From assembly GCF_004010195.1 (NCBI RefSeq), contig NC_057718.1, positions 101,550,559-101,614,558 of the forward strand: DNA of 64,000 nucleotides, read 5' to 3'. A model generated the notes under the pieces. It ran no database searches. It saw only the letters and a program-made list of their open reading frames with translations, and had not been told where the DNA came from. This document shows positions 1-11,384 of the stretch, in pieces (within the stretch, counting starts at the first letter, position 1; each line of letters opens with the position of its first letter). The DNA comes from Chiloscyllium plagiosum (taxonomy: Eukaryota). Both the position numbers and the translations under genes were made by a program.

Positions 1-172
1 CTCCTCTAGCTTATCTCTCCACCCTTCCGGCTCTCTGCCTTTATTCCTGATGAAGGGCTTTTGCCCGAAACGTTGATTTTACTGCTCCTCGGATGCTGCC
101 TGAACTGCTGTGCTCTTCCAGCACCACTAATCCAGAATCTGGTTTCCAGCATCTGCAGTCATTGTTTTTACC
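1..172 (+). mobile_element. 3' terminus of a Penelope-like repeat (family H1) with a minimal hammerhead motif; truncated by the window start
   Basis: CTGATGA(47-53)-A-GGGC-TTTT-GCCC-GAAA(67-70)-CG-TT, followed by the tail CTGCTCCTCGGATGCTGCCTGA...CCAGCATCTGCAG shared with 8 other copies in the window. Confidence 0.75.
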
Positions 173-199
173 TCAATCTCTTCTGAACCCTCTCCATCT

Positions 200-520
200 T
201 AATAATATCCTTTCTATAGTTGGAATAGGAATAGAAACCAGTTGCTGTCTGGTTTGCTCAAGCGCATGCGGCTCTAAGAAAGTGTACCAAAAATATGCTG
301 TGAACACACCTTCCAGGCTACCTTTCCACTCTGATTTGTCCAACCTATATGTCAATTAAAATCACCCACAATAGTAACCTTCTCACAAATCCTCATTGTG
401 TCTTCCTGTGATTTCCATCTAGCAGTGTGGTTACTGTTAGCGAGGTGATAAACTGCTCCCACAAGTGAATCCTTTGTTTTATTATTCTTCGTCTTTTGGA
501 AGATGAAAGGGAATTGTACC
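200..520 (-). mobile_element. Degenerate CR1-type LINE ORF2 endonuclease fragment
   Basis: ORF 352..582 contains LVGAVYHLANS...IVGDFN and ORF 173..355 contains FLEPHALEQTR; these resemble the CR1 APE motifs GVVYRPP, GDFN and FLEQxVxEPTR. Confidence 0.7.
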
Positions 521-736
521 ACATTCAGTAACCAGGAATCCAATTTTTTTTTGCCTCTTTGCAAGTTTGTGAGCTGTAACAAAGTATTCTAATAGACAAA
601 CTGTTTCATCCAACTGTCTCACATATAACAGGCTATTTGCTTACAATTGTACATCAAAGGCAACAATTGCATTCCCTATTCAGGGCAGTGAGTGTGAAAT
701 CTGTTGATATCAACTATCAGGTCATCCAGTTACCAT

Positions 737-1074
737 GGAATCCCTACAGTGTGGAAATAGGCCATTTGGCCCAATGAGTCCACACCAATCCTCTGACCAG
801 CATCCCCCATCCTATCCCTATAACCCTGCTTTTTCCTTGGCTAAAGCACCTAACTTACACATCCCTGAACACTATGAGCAACTTAGCAAGGTCAATCCAC
901 CCTAACCTGCACATCTTTGGACTGTGGGAGGAAACTGGAGCACCCGGGCGAAACCCACACAAATATGGGGAGAATGTGCACACTCCACACAGACAGTCAC
1001 CCAAGGGTAGAATTGAACCCGGGTCCCTGGCGCTGTGAGGCAGCAGTTCTAATCACTGAGCCACCGTGCCGCCC
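737..1074 (-). mobile_element. HE1-type SINE, full length
   Basis: Reverse strand starts GGGCGGCACGGTGGCTCAGTG (A box), has GGTTCAATTC (B box) and the central TGTGTGGAGTGTGCACATTCTCCCC, and ends in the LINE-like tail CCACACTGTAGGGATTCC. Confidence 0.9.
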
Positions 1075-1534
1075 GAACGTTTCCTCGATGAAAGCTATTA
1101 GAAGTGATCGCCATCATTTTCTGGCAATACGGAGTTTTCACTGAGGCACTACAGCCTGAAATATTATGATCTTGCCTCAAAGATTGATTGCATAGGTATT
1201 CTGAATCATTATGTAAGAGGAATGGCCAACAAAAATAAGAGCAAGTTTTACTTTTCTTAAATCGATCTTATCTCAGTAATTTACTTCTTAAGTCGTAAAT
1301 TTTAATGGTACCCATGCATGAGCACAGAGCAAAGATCAGAAATGAGAGGAAGAATGCTTCAAGTGTTTATTTAATGGGATTCTGTCCCATTTAAATGTAG
1401 AAGTAATGCAGTGCAGTTTCACCAAAATATTATCTGAGGCATCTGAAGTTTGATTATCAGGAGAGATTACATAAACTCGGCTTGCACTTTCTAGAATATG
1501 AAAGATGAATGGTGGTTTGGCTGGGCTTTCTAAA

Positions 1535-1841
1535 TTAGATTTCCTACGGTATGGAAACAGGCCCTTCGGCCCAACAAGTCCACACTGACCCTCTGAAGAG
1601 TAACCCACCCACATCCATTCCCCTACCCTGTATTTACCCCTGACTAATGTACCTAACACTATGGGCAATTTAGTGTGGCCAATCCACCCTAACCTGCACA
1701 TCTTTGGCCTGTGGGAGGAAACCCATGCAGACACGGGGAGAATGTGCAAACTACACACAGACAGTCACCCGAGGCAGGAATTGAACCCAGGTCCCTGGCG
1801 CTGTGAGGTAGCAGTGCTAACCACTGAGCCACCGTGCCACC
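1535..1841 (-). mobile_element. HE1-type SINE inserted in a CR1 3' fragment
   Basis: Same head, core and tail as 737-1074; CR1-like sequence on both sides. Confidence 0.9.
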
Positions 1842-1844
1842 TCC

Positions 1845-2000
1845 TTGAAAGTATAAGTTCTTGATTAGTCAGGTGATCAAAGGTTCTGGGGAGAAGGCAG
1901 GGAAATGGGGTTGAGAAACCAACAGTCAACAATCAAATGGCAAAGTAGACTCGATGGGCTGAAGGGCCTAATTCTATTCCTCTGTCTTATGGTCTTATAG
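1845..2000 (+). mobile_element. CR1-type LINE 3' end
   Basis: GGAGAAGGCAGG...GATGGGCTGAAGGGCCTAATTCT...TCTTATGGTCTTAT tail, repeated many times in the window. Confidence 0.7.
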
Positions 2001-3004
2001 ACTTTATGTGACTCCAAGCTAACCAGAACGAGGTTGACTTTTCACTGCCTTCTGAAATAGCTGTTCAAGAACAATTAGGGATGAGCAACAGCTGGTGGCC
2101 TTGTTAGCGACATCCATAAAGCAGTGTTTAGAATTCAAACCGTTATTGAACCAATTACAACGTATATTTATGGGGCACCTTTAACATGTTAAAATGTCCC
2201 AGGATTGCTAAGCACCTATTAACACCCCAGAGATATGATCTGTTGTGTTAGGTATTCAATACGGTTTTCATAAAACCAAGGCCACATGTCTAAAGTGTTT
2301 GTTATTTTCCTCCAGATCTAGGTTATTCTTGTGGAATATATTTCAGCCTGCTATCAATGGGTTGGCTTGTTATTTTAGAATCGATATTGGAGTTTTGTCA
2401 AAATAAAAATTTGATTTTTCATTTGCGCAGTGTTTTCATTCTGCTTTGAAACCCAAGAAATGTAATCAAATGTCATGGATATTTTCTACCCAATTTTTCT
2501 GATTAAATATTGAACAATAAATCTTCAATAAAAATGACCAACTCCTTCAGTGGTATCCATAACAACAATAGCAGAGTTTCCCAGAGGAATAGCTTCAGAT
2601 GATTATACTTTTCATGTCAGCGGCTTGTCTATTATTTAACACCTTTTTCCGAAGTCTGGCAGTCACAGGGAATATGTCCAGCGGAGCGTTGCGATTCTGG
2701 ATTCACTTCTGACACAAAAAAACGTGCAGTTTCACAGTGGGATCAAACCAGTGGAGCAGCTGAATATACGGTTACCCCTCAGTCAAAGAAAATAGAGGTA
2801 GTATCAAAGGATAAGTCATCTGGGACATGTCCTTATGTACAGGATAAAGAGCAACAACCAATAATGTACAGGAGCATAATTACTTCTTCCTGCTAAGAAT
2901 ATGTGCACAGGAAGGGGAGGAGGATTGCAGCTTTGATTTTGTTCATTTAATTTTCTTTTCGAGAGCCCCTCTTCCTGTGTCTCCAGTGGCTGATGATGTC
3001 CTTA

Positions 3005-3090
3005 ACAAAACTTCCTGAGAAACTCTGCAGGTCTGGCAACATCTGTGGAAAGAGAAAACAGAGTTAATGTTTCGAGTGCAGTGACATTTC
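3005..3090 (-). mobile_element. Degenerate family H3 hammerhead-type short repeat
   Basis: GAGAAACTCTGCAGGTCTGGCAACATCTGTGGA...GAGTTAATGTTTCGAG matches the other H3 copies. Confidence 0.6.
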
Positions 3091-3129
3091 CTCATAGTGG
3101 TCCTTTGCTTCTCTATCACACATCGACCA

Positions 3130-3420
3130 TCAGGTCACTTGATCTTAAAACTCTACCCCTCCCTTTTTGTCCTCAAATCCGTCTGCAACCTCACCCTCCC
3201 TATTTCTCTAATTTCCTCAACCCTACACTGCACTCCTCTCCTTCTGCACTTGCATACACATGACAATAAGATCTCAATCTAAGATCTCTGGGCTCCTCAA
3301 GCTCTGGCCTCTTGTCCATCCCTGATTTTAATCATTCCAGCCTCACGTCTTTACTCTGCCATAACCTAACCTGTAATAACTCTATCTCGCTTTCTTTTAC
3401 TGATTTCAATATAACATCCG
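3130..3420 (+). mobile_element. L2-type LINE 3' fragment
   Basis: Pyrimidine-rich CTCTGGCCTCTTGTCCATCCCTGATTTTAATC; similar to 7590-8030 and to the reverse of 24900-25560. Confidence 0.45.
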
Positions 3421-3504
3421 ATAGTTTCCTATTGGCATGTAAGTCAACCTGATGAAGCTGCAACATGCATAAACGGCATGTTATAGGTAGGGTTAAGTCT
3501 TCCC

Positions 3505-3870
3505 GCAAAAAATGAAGCTCTGCAATCCTTCCACATCCAGTCATGAATGGTGTTGGACAATTAAACCATCAACAGGAGGACAATTCTCCCAAACACCCCT
3601 GTTCTCAATGCTGGGGAAGCCCAGCACATCAGAGCAAAAGAAAAGGCTGAAGCATTTGAAACTGGAAGTGGTGAATGGATCATCTCAGCCTCCTCCTGAG
3701 GTCCACAACCATTGGATGCCAGTCATCAGAATTTACTCACTTTATGTGATGTCAAAAAATGAAGCAAGTGCTGTGGATCCTGACAGCAACCCAGCTGTCA
3801 TTCTGAAGAAAAGCACAGTTCTTGCTGCACCACTAGCCAAGTTGCTCCTGTTGAGCTGCAATATTGTAAA
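3505..3870 (+). mobile_element. CR1-group LINE ('family B') ORF2 middle fragment
   Basis: ORF 3512..3928 has KLCNPSTSSHEWCWTIK and AVDPDSNPAVILKKSTVLAAPLAKL, a pre-RT GPDxIP...LAxPL-like motif. Confidence 0.65.
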
Positions 3871-3986
3871 GTGTCTCACAGCTTTGTACCCTGGGCTCCC
3901 CTTTGAGCTCATTGCACATCCTGACTGAGCACAGTCAAAGGGACTTGGGCACAGACACTGCCTTTTATGTATAAAAAGAATTGCTA

Positions 3987-4559
3987 CAGTAGCGCCTCGA
4001 CATGTGAACGACCCCGTTCTCGAACAACTCGGTTTATTAACAGGATTCTACATAAAATTTTGCTTCAACGTACGTACGAAATTCAAGGTACGAGCGAAGG
4101 TACGAACGCTAAAAGCCCATGTGCGACCACGTGGTTTCATTGTTCTGCTTTGCTACGTGCGCTTTGAACGTAAAAGCTCTCGGGGCCCTGCGTGATCTCA
4201 GTTCGTCTTTGGCACGCGCGCTGTGAACATCGTACGTTGCTACGTCCAAGCATTCTTACGCTTTTTTTTTGTTTTTTGCATTAAATTAGCCCTCATTATG
4301 GCTCCGAAGAAAGTGAAAAGTGGTAGTGATAGTGGTGTTAAGAAGCCTAAACGTATTGCTGTGGAAACGAAGAAGGAAATAATAGCTAAACACGAGAATG
4401 GTGCTCGTGTATCTGATCTGGCTAAGCAGTACGACATGGCGAAACGGATCAATTGGAATTGCATTAATTCAAATGGGAAAAATTGATTCAGTTCGCGAAC
4501 TTTTCGAATCGCGAACCAGGTCTCGGAACGGATTAAGTTGGTAAGTCGAGGCGCTACTA
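3987..4559 (+). mobile_element. Internally deleted Tigger/pogo (Tc1-mariner superfamily) DNA transposon
   Basis: TIRs CAGTAGCGCCTCGAC (3987-4001) and GTCGAGGCGCTACTA (4545-4559, 14/15 match); TA on both sides (3985-86, 4560-61); ATG at 4298 opens MAPKKVKSGSDSGVKKPKRIAVETKKEIIAKHENGARVSDLAKQYDMAK, a CENP-B/psq-type HTH. Confidence 0.9.
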
Positions 4560-5294
4560 TATTTTATTGCAGCGCATTTCTAGTGAAAGTGCAATCATTT
4601 GTACAGCTGCCAAGATTTATTTGCATTGTGGACTGACGAGGCTTGATACTTTGTGCTGGTACTGTGTGTGGTATATAAATCTAGTGGATGGATGAAGGCA
4701 GGGATTTTCTTTTGAGTGAAGCCTGTTCACCAAACTTTAGGGTTTCTGAGCTGTAGACCGGGTTAGGCCTGTCTAGTCTGCAGCAGCTGTGCCTACGCAA
4801 TAGTAGCCACAGGAGTACACAGCTAGCTCAGCACGCTGGCCGATCTGTTTTCAGAGCTATCTGAGAAGGAAGCTGGGTTCTGATCGTCTGCTCATATCTC
4901 TGCCAGATGGGGAGAGATAGCAGGGAGCTTTGGGTGTGGATCAACCCACCCCCCAGTGTACTTGAAACACACGCAAAGTGCACCACTCAACAGCCTCCCG
5001 CTGTCAGTGAGACCCCTGATCATTTCAAAGATCTGGGTGAGGTAGCTGCCTCCGCTAATTAAAACAAGTGACAGTACAGTGGGCCACCTGAGCTAGTTTT
5101 AAAGTCTTTAACGGCCTTGTTGTGTCAGTGCAAGAGCTGCAACCAGGCCTCAGCACTGTGTTATGGCAGCCAGGGTATAACGCCACACCTCCGATCTCCC
5201 CTGGGGTGGTTTGTTCTCTGATGGGTTGCAGTGTGTTTGTCACTGGCTGTCTATCTTTGTTTACAAAAAAAGGCTATTTTGCAGTGATCCCAGT

Positions 5295-5385
5295 GAATCT
5301 CTGGGATGTTATTACACACCTCTGGAACAGGCGAAACTTGTACCTGGGCCTCCCGGCTCCAAGGTAGGGACACTACCACTGTGAT
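5295..5385 (-). mobile_element. tRNA-derived SINE head fragment (family D)
   Basis: Reverse strand CACAGTGGTAGTGTCCCTACC...; similar to the head at 63780-63990. Confidence 0.5.
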
Positions 5386-6110
5386 TTATCAGCTTTGCAC
5401 ACTGTGTCCCAGTCAGTTCAACTGAGCATCTTGCACTGGCATCGGAGCGTCAGTGTGAAAGATCAACGCAGCAATATCCAGCCACATACCATCAAGGAAA
5501 TTGTACTTGCTGTAACCTCATCGCGTCATGGTGTCTGCTCAGTGCTGGAAAAAGAGAAAGCAACATCTTTTGTTTAATCAGTACAGGGCAATCCCTTCTT
5601 TCCGTGACAGTTTAACATGGGATTGGTAATAGTGTCTGCCCTCACTGTCAGTTCAACAACTCTCGGCTTTTGATTTCAGATAGGCAGCTCATATAGCATT
5701 CAGCTCATAATACAACATAATTCCTCTGTATTAAAATGCTGCTTATAATGACAGGGAGAGAGGAGTCTTGGGAGATGCTCAATTCCAAACACTGCCTTTT
5801 TTTGAGAGGAGAGAAGTCTAATCGCACTATCAAATGACTTTGATATTCCTTTTAAAGCGACTGTTTCAGAGGTGGGGTTAAGCTCAGCTCTGAGCCACTT
5901 CAGTGACATTTGAATAAAGTCCCTCTGTGACTGTAATTAACACTATTGCATCTCCTCCCACCTGGACATTGGGATTTCATGTTTTGCGGCTTTATTGTGA
6001 TCCTCTGTCCCTAAGAACCTGGGCCTCTCCACTCACTATGGAGGTATTCTGGGAGTGCATTTAGCAGCCGAATGTAGAGAGAGAGTAGTGGGTGTGCATG
6101 GCTGTCCTGG

Positions 6111-6136
6111 ACACACACACACACACACACACGCAC
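6111..6136. repeat. (CA)n microsatellite
   Basis: Directly visible. Confidence 0.95.
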
Positions 6137-6179
6137 AGAGATAGATGATTCTGGTGGTTTTGCCAAGGGCTTGCTTACA

Positions 6180-6395
6180 ATGAGAAAGTTGTTACAGAGC
6201 AGGAGGCCATTCACCCCTCTGTACCTGCACCGGTTCTATCCCTTAGTCCCAACCTCCTATCTTTCTCCCATATCCCTGCATGCTATTTCTATCCAAATTG
6301 CCATCCGATGTCCCTCTTGAATGCCTCAATTGAACCTGCCTCCACCACATTTCCAGGCAGTACACACCCTAACTACTCGCTATGTGAACATGTTT
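6180..6395 (-). mobile_element. CR1-type LINE 3' fragment
   Basis: AGGAGGCCATTC...GAATGCCTCAATTGAACCTGCCTCCACCAC pattern. Confidence 0.65.
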
Positions 6396-6399
6396 CATC

Positions 6400-6497
6400 A
6401 CACTTCACCTGAAGAAGGAAAAATGTTCCAAAAGCTTGTGATTTCAAATAAACCTGTTGGACTATAGCCTGGTGTTGTATGACTTCTGACTTTGTCT
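6400..6497 (+). mobile_element. Degenerate family H2 hammerhead-type short repeat
   Basis: CACCTGAAGAAGGA...TCCAAAAGCTTGTGATTTCAAATAAACCTGTTGGACTATAGCCTGGTGTTG matches 18218-18300. Confidence 0.7.
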
Positions 6498-6569
6498 GCT
6501 GCTGTAGTGTCAGTTTTGATTAGGTAGCAGCAACACTTTTTCAATTAAAGACAAATATTGTGAATTCTT

Positions 6570-7030
6570 TTTTTTTCACAAGATGTAAGGGTTTCTGGCA
6601 AGGCCCTCCTTAAGGTCTTTGGGAAGGTGGGGGTGAGCTGCCTTCTTGAATCACTGCAGTCCGTGTGCTGTAGGCTGACCCACAATGCCCCTTAGGGAGG
6701 GAATTCCAGGATTGTGACCCAACGACATTGAAAGAACGGCGATATATTTCCAAGTCGGGACGGTGAGTGGCTTGGAAGGTAACTTGCAGGATATGGTGTT
6801 CCCCATATATCTGCTGAGTGTTGTTGGAGCTGCACTCACCCAAGCAAATGGGGAATATTCCATCAGACTCCTGACTCATGCCATGTAAATAGTGCACAGG
6901 CCTTGGGGAGTCAAGGGGTGAGTAATTTGCTATAGAATTCCTAGCCTCTGACCTGCTCTGTGTTTATATGGCTGGTCCATTTCAAGTATTGATCAGTGAT
7001 AACCTCAGGATGTTGACAGCAGGGGATTCA
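6570..7030 (-). mobile_element. CR1-group LINE family B 3' fragment
   Basis: GGTGAGCTGCCTTCTTGAA...GATATATTTCCAAGTCGGGA shared with 8135-8370, 52030-52445 and 57790-57975. Confidence 0.7.
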
Positions 7031-7034
7031 CCTT

Positions 7035-7390
7035 GGGGGTGGCACAGTGGCTCAGTGGTAAGCGCTGCTGCCTCGCAGCGCCAGGGACCTGGGTTTGATT
7101 CCAGCCTCACTCATTTATCTCTGTAGAGTTTGCACATTCTCCCCATGTCTGTGTGGGTTTCCTCCGGGTGCCCCAGTTTCCTCCCACACTCCAAAGATGT
7201 GCAGGTTAGGGTGAAATGGCCATGCTACATTGCCCATAGTGTTCAGGGATGTGTAGGGTAGGTGCATTAATCAGGGTTAAATGTGGGGCGGGGGAGTGGG
7301 TATGGGGTGTTGCTCTTCGGAGGGTCGGTGTGCACTTGTTGGGCCGAAGGGCCTGTTTCCACACTGTAGGGATTCTGTGACTCCATGATT
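7035..7390 (+). mobile_element. HE1-type SINE, full length
   Basis: Head GGCACAGTGGCTCAGTGG, HE1 core, tail GGGCCGAAGGGCCTGTTTCCACACTGTAGGGATTC. Confidence 0.9.
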
Positions 7391-7589
7391 AGCTTTTTGT
7401 CATGGTCTAACGCACAGAAACAATGAGTCACCTATACTTCTTTGTAAATTAGAAAAATAATACGATCCTTAATTACTGTTGACTGTAGTTTTTTGTTCTT
7501 TAAAAGGAGTAATTGTACAGGCGACGTTGTGTTGTACTTCTGTAACATTAAAGGAGACCAATTAGCCCCCTATGTCTTCATGCTCCTAA

Positions 7590-7869
7590 CTCTCACTAAG
7601 TTTTGTTTACCCATTCCCCTGAGCTCGCTGGGACCCGGTTTGGCAACAACTTGCTTTGGGATAAATTCTCATCCTTGTTATCAAATCCCTCTACCCTGGC
7701 TATTCCATTTACCTCTGTAATCGCCTCTGGCCCGACAAAGCTTCCAAAATCTCCTCTGAATCTAGCCTCTTGCACATCTTCAATTTAATCACTGTACCAT
7801 TGTTAGCCAACACCTTCTGCTACCAGGGGTCAAAGCTCTAGAATTCTCTGTCTGTTCTCTTGCTCTCGT

Positions 7870-7906
<37 letters not shown>

Positions 7907-8035
7907 TCCTTTGAAATGTTCCTCAAACCTTACATTTTTTTAAACCAAGCTTCAAATTTCCCTTTGGGTGACTCAGTCAGGTTGTGTCTGACAAGAGCCC
8001 AAGGATGAGCCTTGGCAATGTTTTATGACATTATA
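7590..8035 (+). mobile_element. L2-type LINE 3' fragment containing a (CT)n tract (about 7875-7901)
   Basis: Similarity to the other L2-like pieces; microsatellite directly visible. Confidence 0.45.
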
Positions 8036-8134
8036 GACAACCAGCCATGGTCACATTAAATGGTGGAGTGGGTTGGATGGGCTGAATTGCCTTCTCCAGC
8101 TTCTAATTCCTATGGCCCTGTCTCTGTTCTTCTC

Positions 8135-8370
8135 ATTCATTCATGAGGTCTAAACATCACAATAAAGGCCAATATTTATCGCTCATTTCTAATTATCCTC
8201 AAGAAGGTGGTAGTAATGAGCCGCCTTCTTGTAGTCCATGTGGTGCAGATGCACTGACAATGCTGTGCGGAAGAGAATTCCTGGATTTTGACTCAGTGAC
8301 AGTGAAGGAACAGCGATATATTTCCAAGTCGGGATGGTACGTGCAGTTTGAAGAGGAACTTGAGATGTGA
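8135..8370 (-). mobile_element. LINE family B 3' end
   Basis: Starts with the (TCAT)n tail, then GAAGGTGGTAGTAATGAGCCGCCTTCTT...TATATTTCCAAGTCGGGATGG. Confidence 0.7.
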
Positions 8371-8444
8371 GGGTACCTAACCCTAACCCTATCCTTCCAA
8401 GGGCACAGCTCTGGGAGATGCTTGGCAAGTTGCTGCAAACTGAG

Positions 8445-8810
8445 GAATTCCGAGATGATAAAAGGTTTGGATAAAACATACGTGGAGTGGATGCTTCCTC
8501 TTGTGGGGCATTCTAGGACGAGAGGTCGTTGTCTTAGGGTGAGGGGTAGTAAATTTAAAACAGAGCTGAGGGGAAACTACTTCCCCCAAAGGGTTGTGAA
8601 TCTGTGGCATTCCCTACCCCAAAGTGCAGGGGATGCTGGGACAGTGAGTAAAGTTAAGGAAGAGTTAGACAGATTTTCAATTGGTGATGGGTTGAATGGA
8701 TTTAGAGAGAAGGCAGGAAAATGTGGGTAAGAGCATATCAGCCATGATCGAATGGCAGAGCTGCCTCAATGGGCCAAATGGCCTAATTCTGCTCCTATAT
8801 GAACTTATAA
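8445..8810 (+). mobile_element. CR1-type LINE 3' fragment
   Basis: ORF 8422..8730 has SRTRG..LRVRGSKFKTELRGNYFPQRVVNLWHSLP, a CR1 C-terminal motif. Confidence 0.85.
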
Positions 8811-8849
8811 ACTATTGCATGGTACACACTGCACCAGTTGGAGAATCAA

Positions 8850-10032
8850 TCATCTTCATTCAAAATTCCAGGGATGAAAGGGCTGTTCAAACGAGGAACA
8901 GATGAATAACTTGGGCTTATACTCGCTGGAGTTCATAAGAATTAAGGAGGATCTGATTGAGGTATATAAAATGATGATGTGGATTGATAAAGTGGATGTT
9001 GATTGGATATTCCCCCTTGTGTGACAGTCTAGAACAAGAGGTCATAGATATAGAGTGAAAGGAGGATGGGGAGAAGCTGTTCCATTCACAGAGTTGTGAA
9101 TCTGTGGAACTCACTGCTCCAGGGTGCAGCAGAGGCCAAATCAACCAACAAATTCAAGAAAGAAATAGACAGGATTTACACAATTAATGGTCAGGCCTTG
9201 GGTAGTGTTGCAGAACAGAGAGACTGAGGAGGTCAGGTACATAATTCTTTGAAATTTGCATCACAGGGTGGTTTGAAGGTGTTTAGCATGGTTGCTTTCA
9301 ATGCTAAGTCCTTTGAGTACAGGAGTTGTGACGTGATTTTGAGGTTGTACAGGATGTTAGTGAGGCCTCTTCTAGAGTACTGTGTCCAGTTCTGGTCACC
9401 CCGTTATAGGAAGGATGTTATTAAGTTGGAGAGGGTTCATAAAAGATTTACCAGGACGTTGCCAGGAATGGAGGGTTTGAGTTGTAAGGACAGGCTGGGA
9501 CTTTTTTCACTGGAGTGTAGGAGGTTGTGGGTGACCTGATAGAGGTTTATAAAATCATGAGGGGTATAGAGAAGGTGAATAGCAAAGGTCTTTTCTTGAA
9601 GTTAGGGGACTTCAAAACGAGAGGGCATATCTTTAAGGTGAGAGAAGAAAGACTTAAAAAGAACATGAGGGGCAACCTTTTTCCACAGAGAGTGGTTCAT
9701 ATGTGGAATGAACTTCCAAAGTAAGTGGTGGATACAACTGCAAGTTACAATGTTTAAAAGGCATTTGGATAAGGACATACATGAACAAGAAATGTTTGAG
9801 GGGATTTGGGCCAAAGTTTAGTTTGGGAACATGGTCAGGATGGAGTAGTTGGATCAAAGGGTCTGTTTCCATGCTGGAGGAGCTCTAGGTATTTCTGATA
9901 AGGTGTGGGATTACGGGCAGGAGAGTGGAGTTGAAACCAGAAAAAGATCAGCCATGATCAAGTTAAACAGCAGAGCGAGCTCAGTGGGCTGAATTGCCTA
10001 CTCCCGCTCCTAATCCCTATGTTCCTGTGTTC
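8850..10032 (+). mobile_element. CR1-type LINE 3' fragment split by a HER1-type LINE fragment
   Basis: Outer element stops at AGAAATAGACAGG (about 9173) and resumes at about 9888 with its own 3' tail. Confidence 0.7.
9176..9885 (+). mobile_element. HER1/CR1-type LINE 3' fragment (inner insertion)
   Basis: ORFs contain LYRMLVRPLLEYCVQFWSP, LERVHKRFTR and QRVVHMWNELP; tail GGGTCTGTTTCCATGCTG resembles the HE1 tail. Confidence 0.9.
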
Positions 10033-10369
10033 GTAAAATGGCTCCACCAGTCACAAGTACAGTGCAGTGCAATCTCAGGCCAGTTAGTGTATTTATTGAA
10101 ATCACTTTATACATGGATCTGGGTCGGAAAATCCCATGCTGCAGGAGGTCATCTGGATACAATCCATTGTTTTCATCAGTGCCTGATCGTTATGATTCAT
10201 ACCACAGAATCAGTGAACTGAACTTGATCTGCTTTCAACCCCTTCGGCAATCATTGATTACTGATTAATGTTGCAGGCAAGGTTATCGTCTCTGTTCTCT
10301 GAACCTGAGAAGAAAAAAGGGGGATGGAGAAAGGCCAGCAAATGTTTGGAAAATCAGTGTGAGTTATTT

Positions 10370-10812
10370 TGTAAAGGGCAATTAACAGTTTGGGAAGGAG
10401 TTATGTTCAACTTATACAGAGCCTTGGCTAAACCACACTCAACTGGGACTGTACATCCATCAGAAAAGGCTGAATAGGACAGAGCTGCATTCTGTAGATA
10501 ATAAAAGGTTGAAGCATTGCCGACTAAAGGTCTTCATGTATGAAAGGGTTTGATGAACTAGATACAGAGATGTTTCCAGACTAGAACTAGAGGCCGTGAA
10601 CATGAGACGAGAAGTCCACATGGGCAGCTTTACCCAGAGAGGGGTTAGAATGTCGAGCTGTCAACCAAAAGGAATGGTTAAGGCAAATTTAGAGGAAACT
10701 GGACAAATGCTGAAGGAAAAGAAATGGAGGGAAAATGGAGTGCGAGGAGGCTTGTGTGGATCGCAAACACCAACATGGAATAGATGGGCTGAATGGCCTG
10801 ATGTCAATTTTA
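10370..10812 (+). mobile_element. Highly degenerate CR1 fragment
   Basis: LYRALAKPH and FTQRGVRM motifs, plus a GGGCTGAATGGCC tail. Confidence 0.55.
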
Positions 10813-11384
10813 TACAGAAGTGGTATGTTTATATTTATACGTTTATATATAGACAACTATAGATAGTAATTCTTTTAATATAGTACAGATTCATTGGGCT
10901 GAAAAGTCTCTTTCTGTACTTTATGATTCTATGTCCAGTGTTGGGAGGCCCCTTTATTGCTCTGACCAAATCCAATACGAGAGAGAGAGAGAGATGATGG
11001 TGTCACTGCAAATAGGATGTCACCAGATGTGGTTCCGTAATGACAGAAAATGGAATGATACTGAATTGTTTGACAGAGACCAGGATCTTACTCAAGTACT
11101 GCGCATACATCTACAAACACTTGGCCCTTCTTGAAACAAAAAAAATGTAAGGAGCAATTGTAGATCGCAAATAGCATGATCCCAACAATAGGAAGAACTG
11201 ACTATGCAGGCAGTCTTCTTTCTTGGGAGGAGTCGAATTTGACCAGGATTAGAATTTAGAACTGCTCAAACAAGTATCTGAAAGTTAAACATTTCCCACT
11301 CTCACATCGCTCTACTCAATGACCAAATCCTTAAATCATGCAAGAAATGCAGACACATCAAAGCTTCTGGCATTGTGATAATGT

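Noticed and set aside
2640..2800. Short open frame EYVQRSVAILDSLLTQKNVQF as a possible exon
   Set aside because: No convincing splice sites and no recognisable homology.
7035..7105. tRNA genes
   Set aside because: The A/B boxes belong to SINE heads; no complete cloverleaf or terminator was found.
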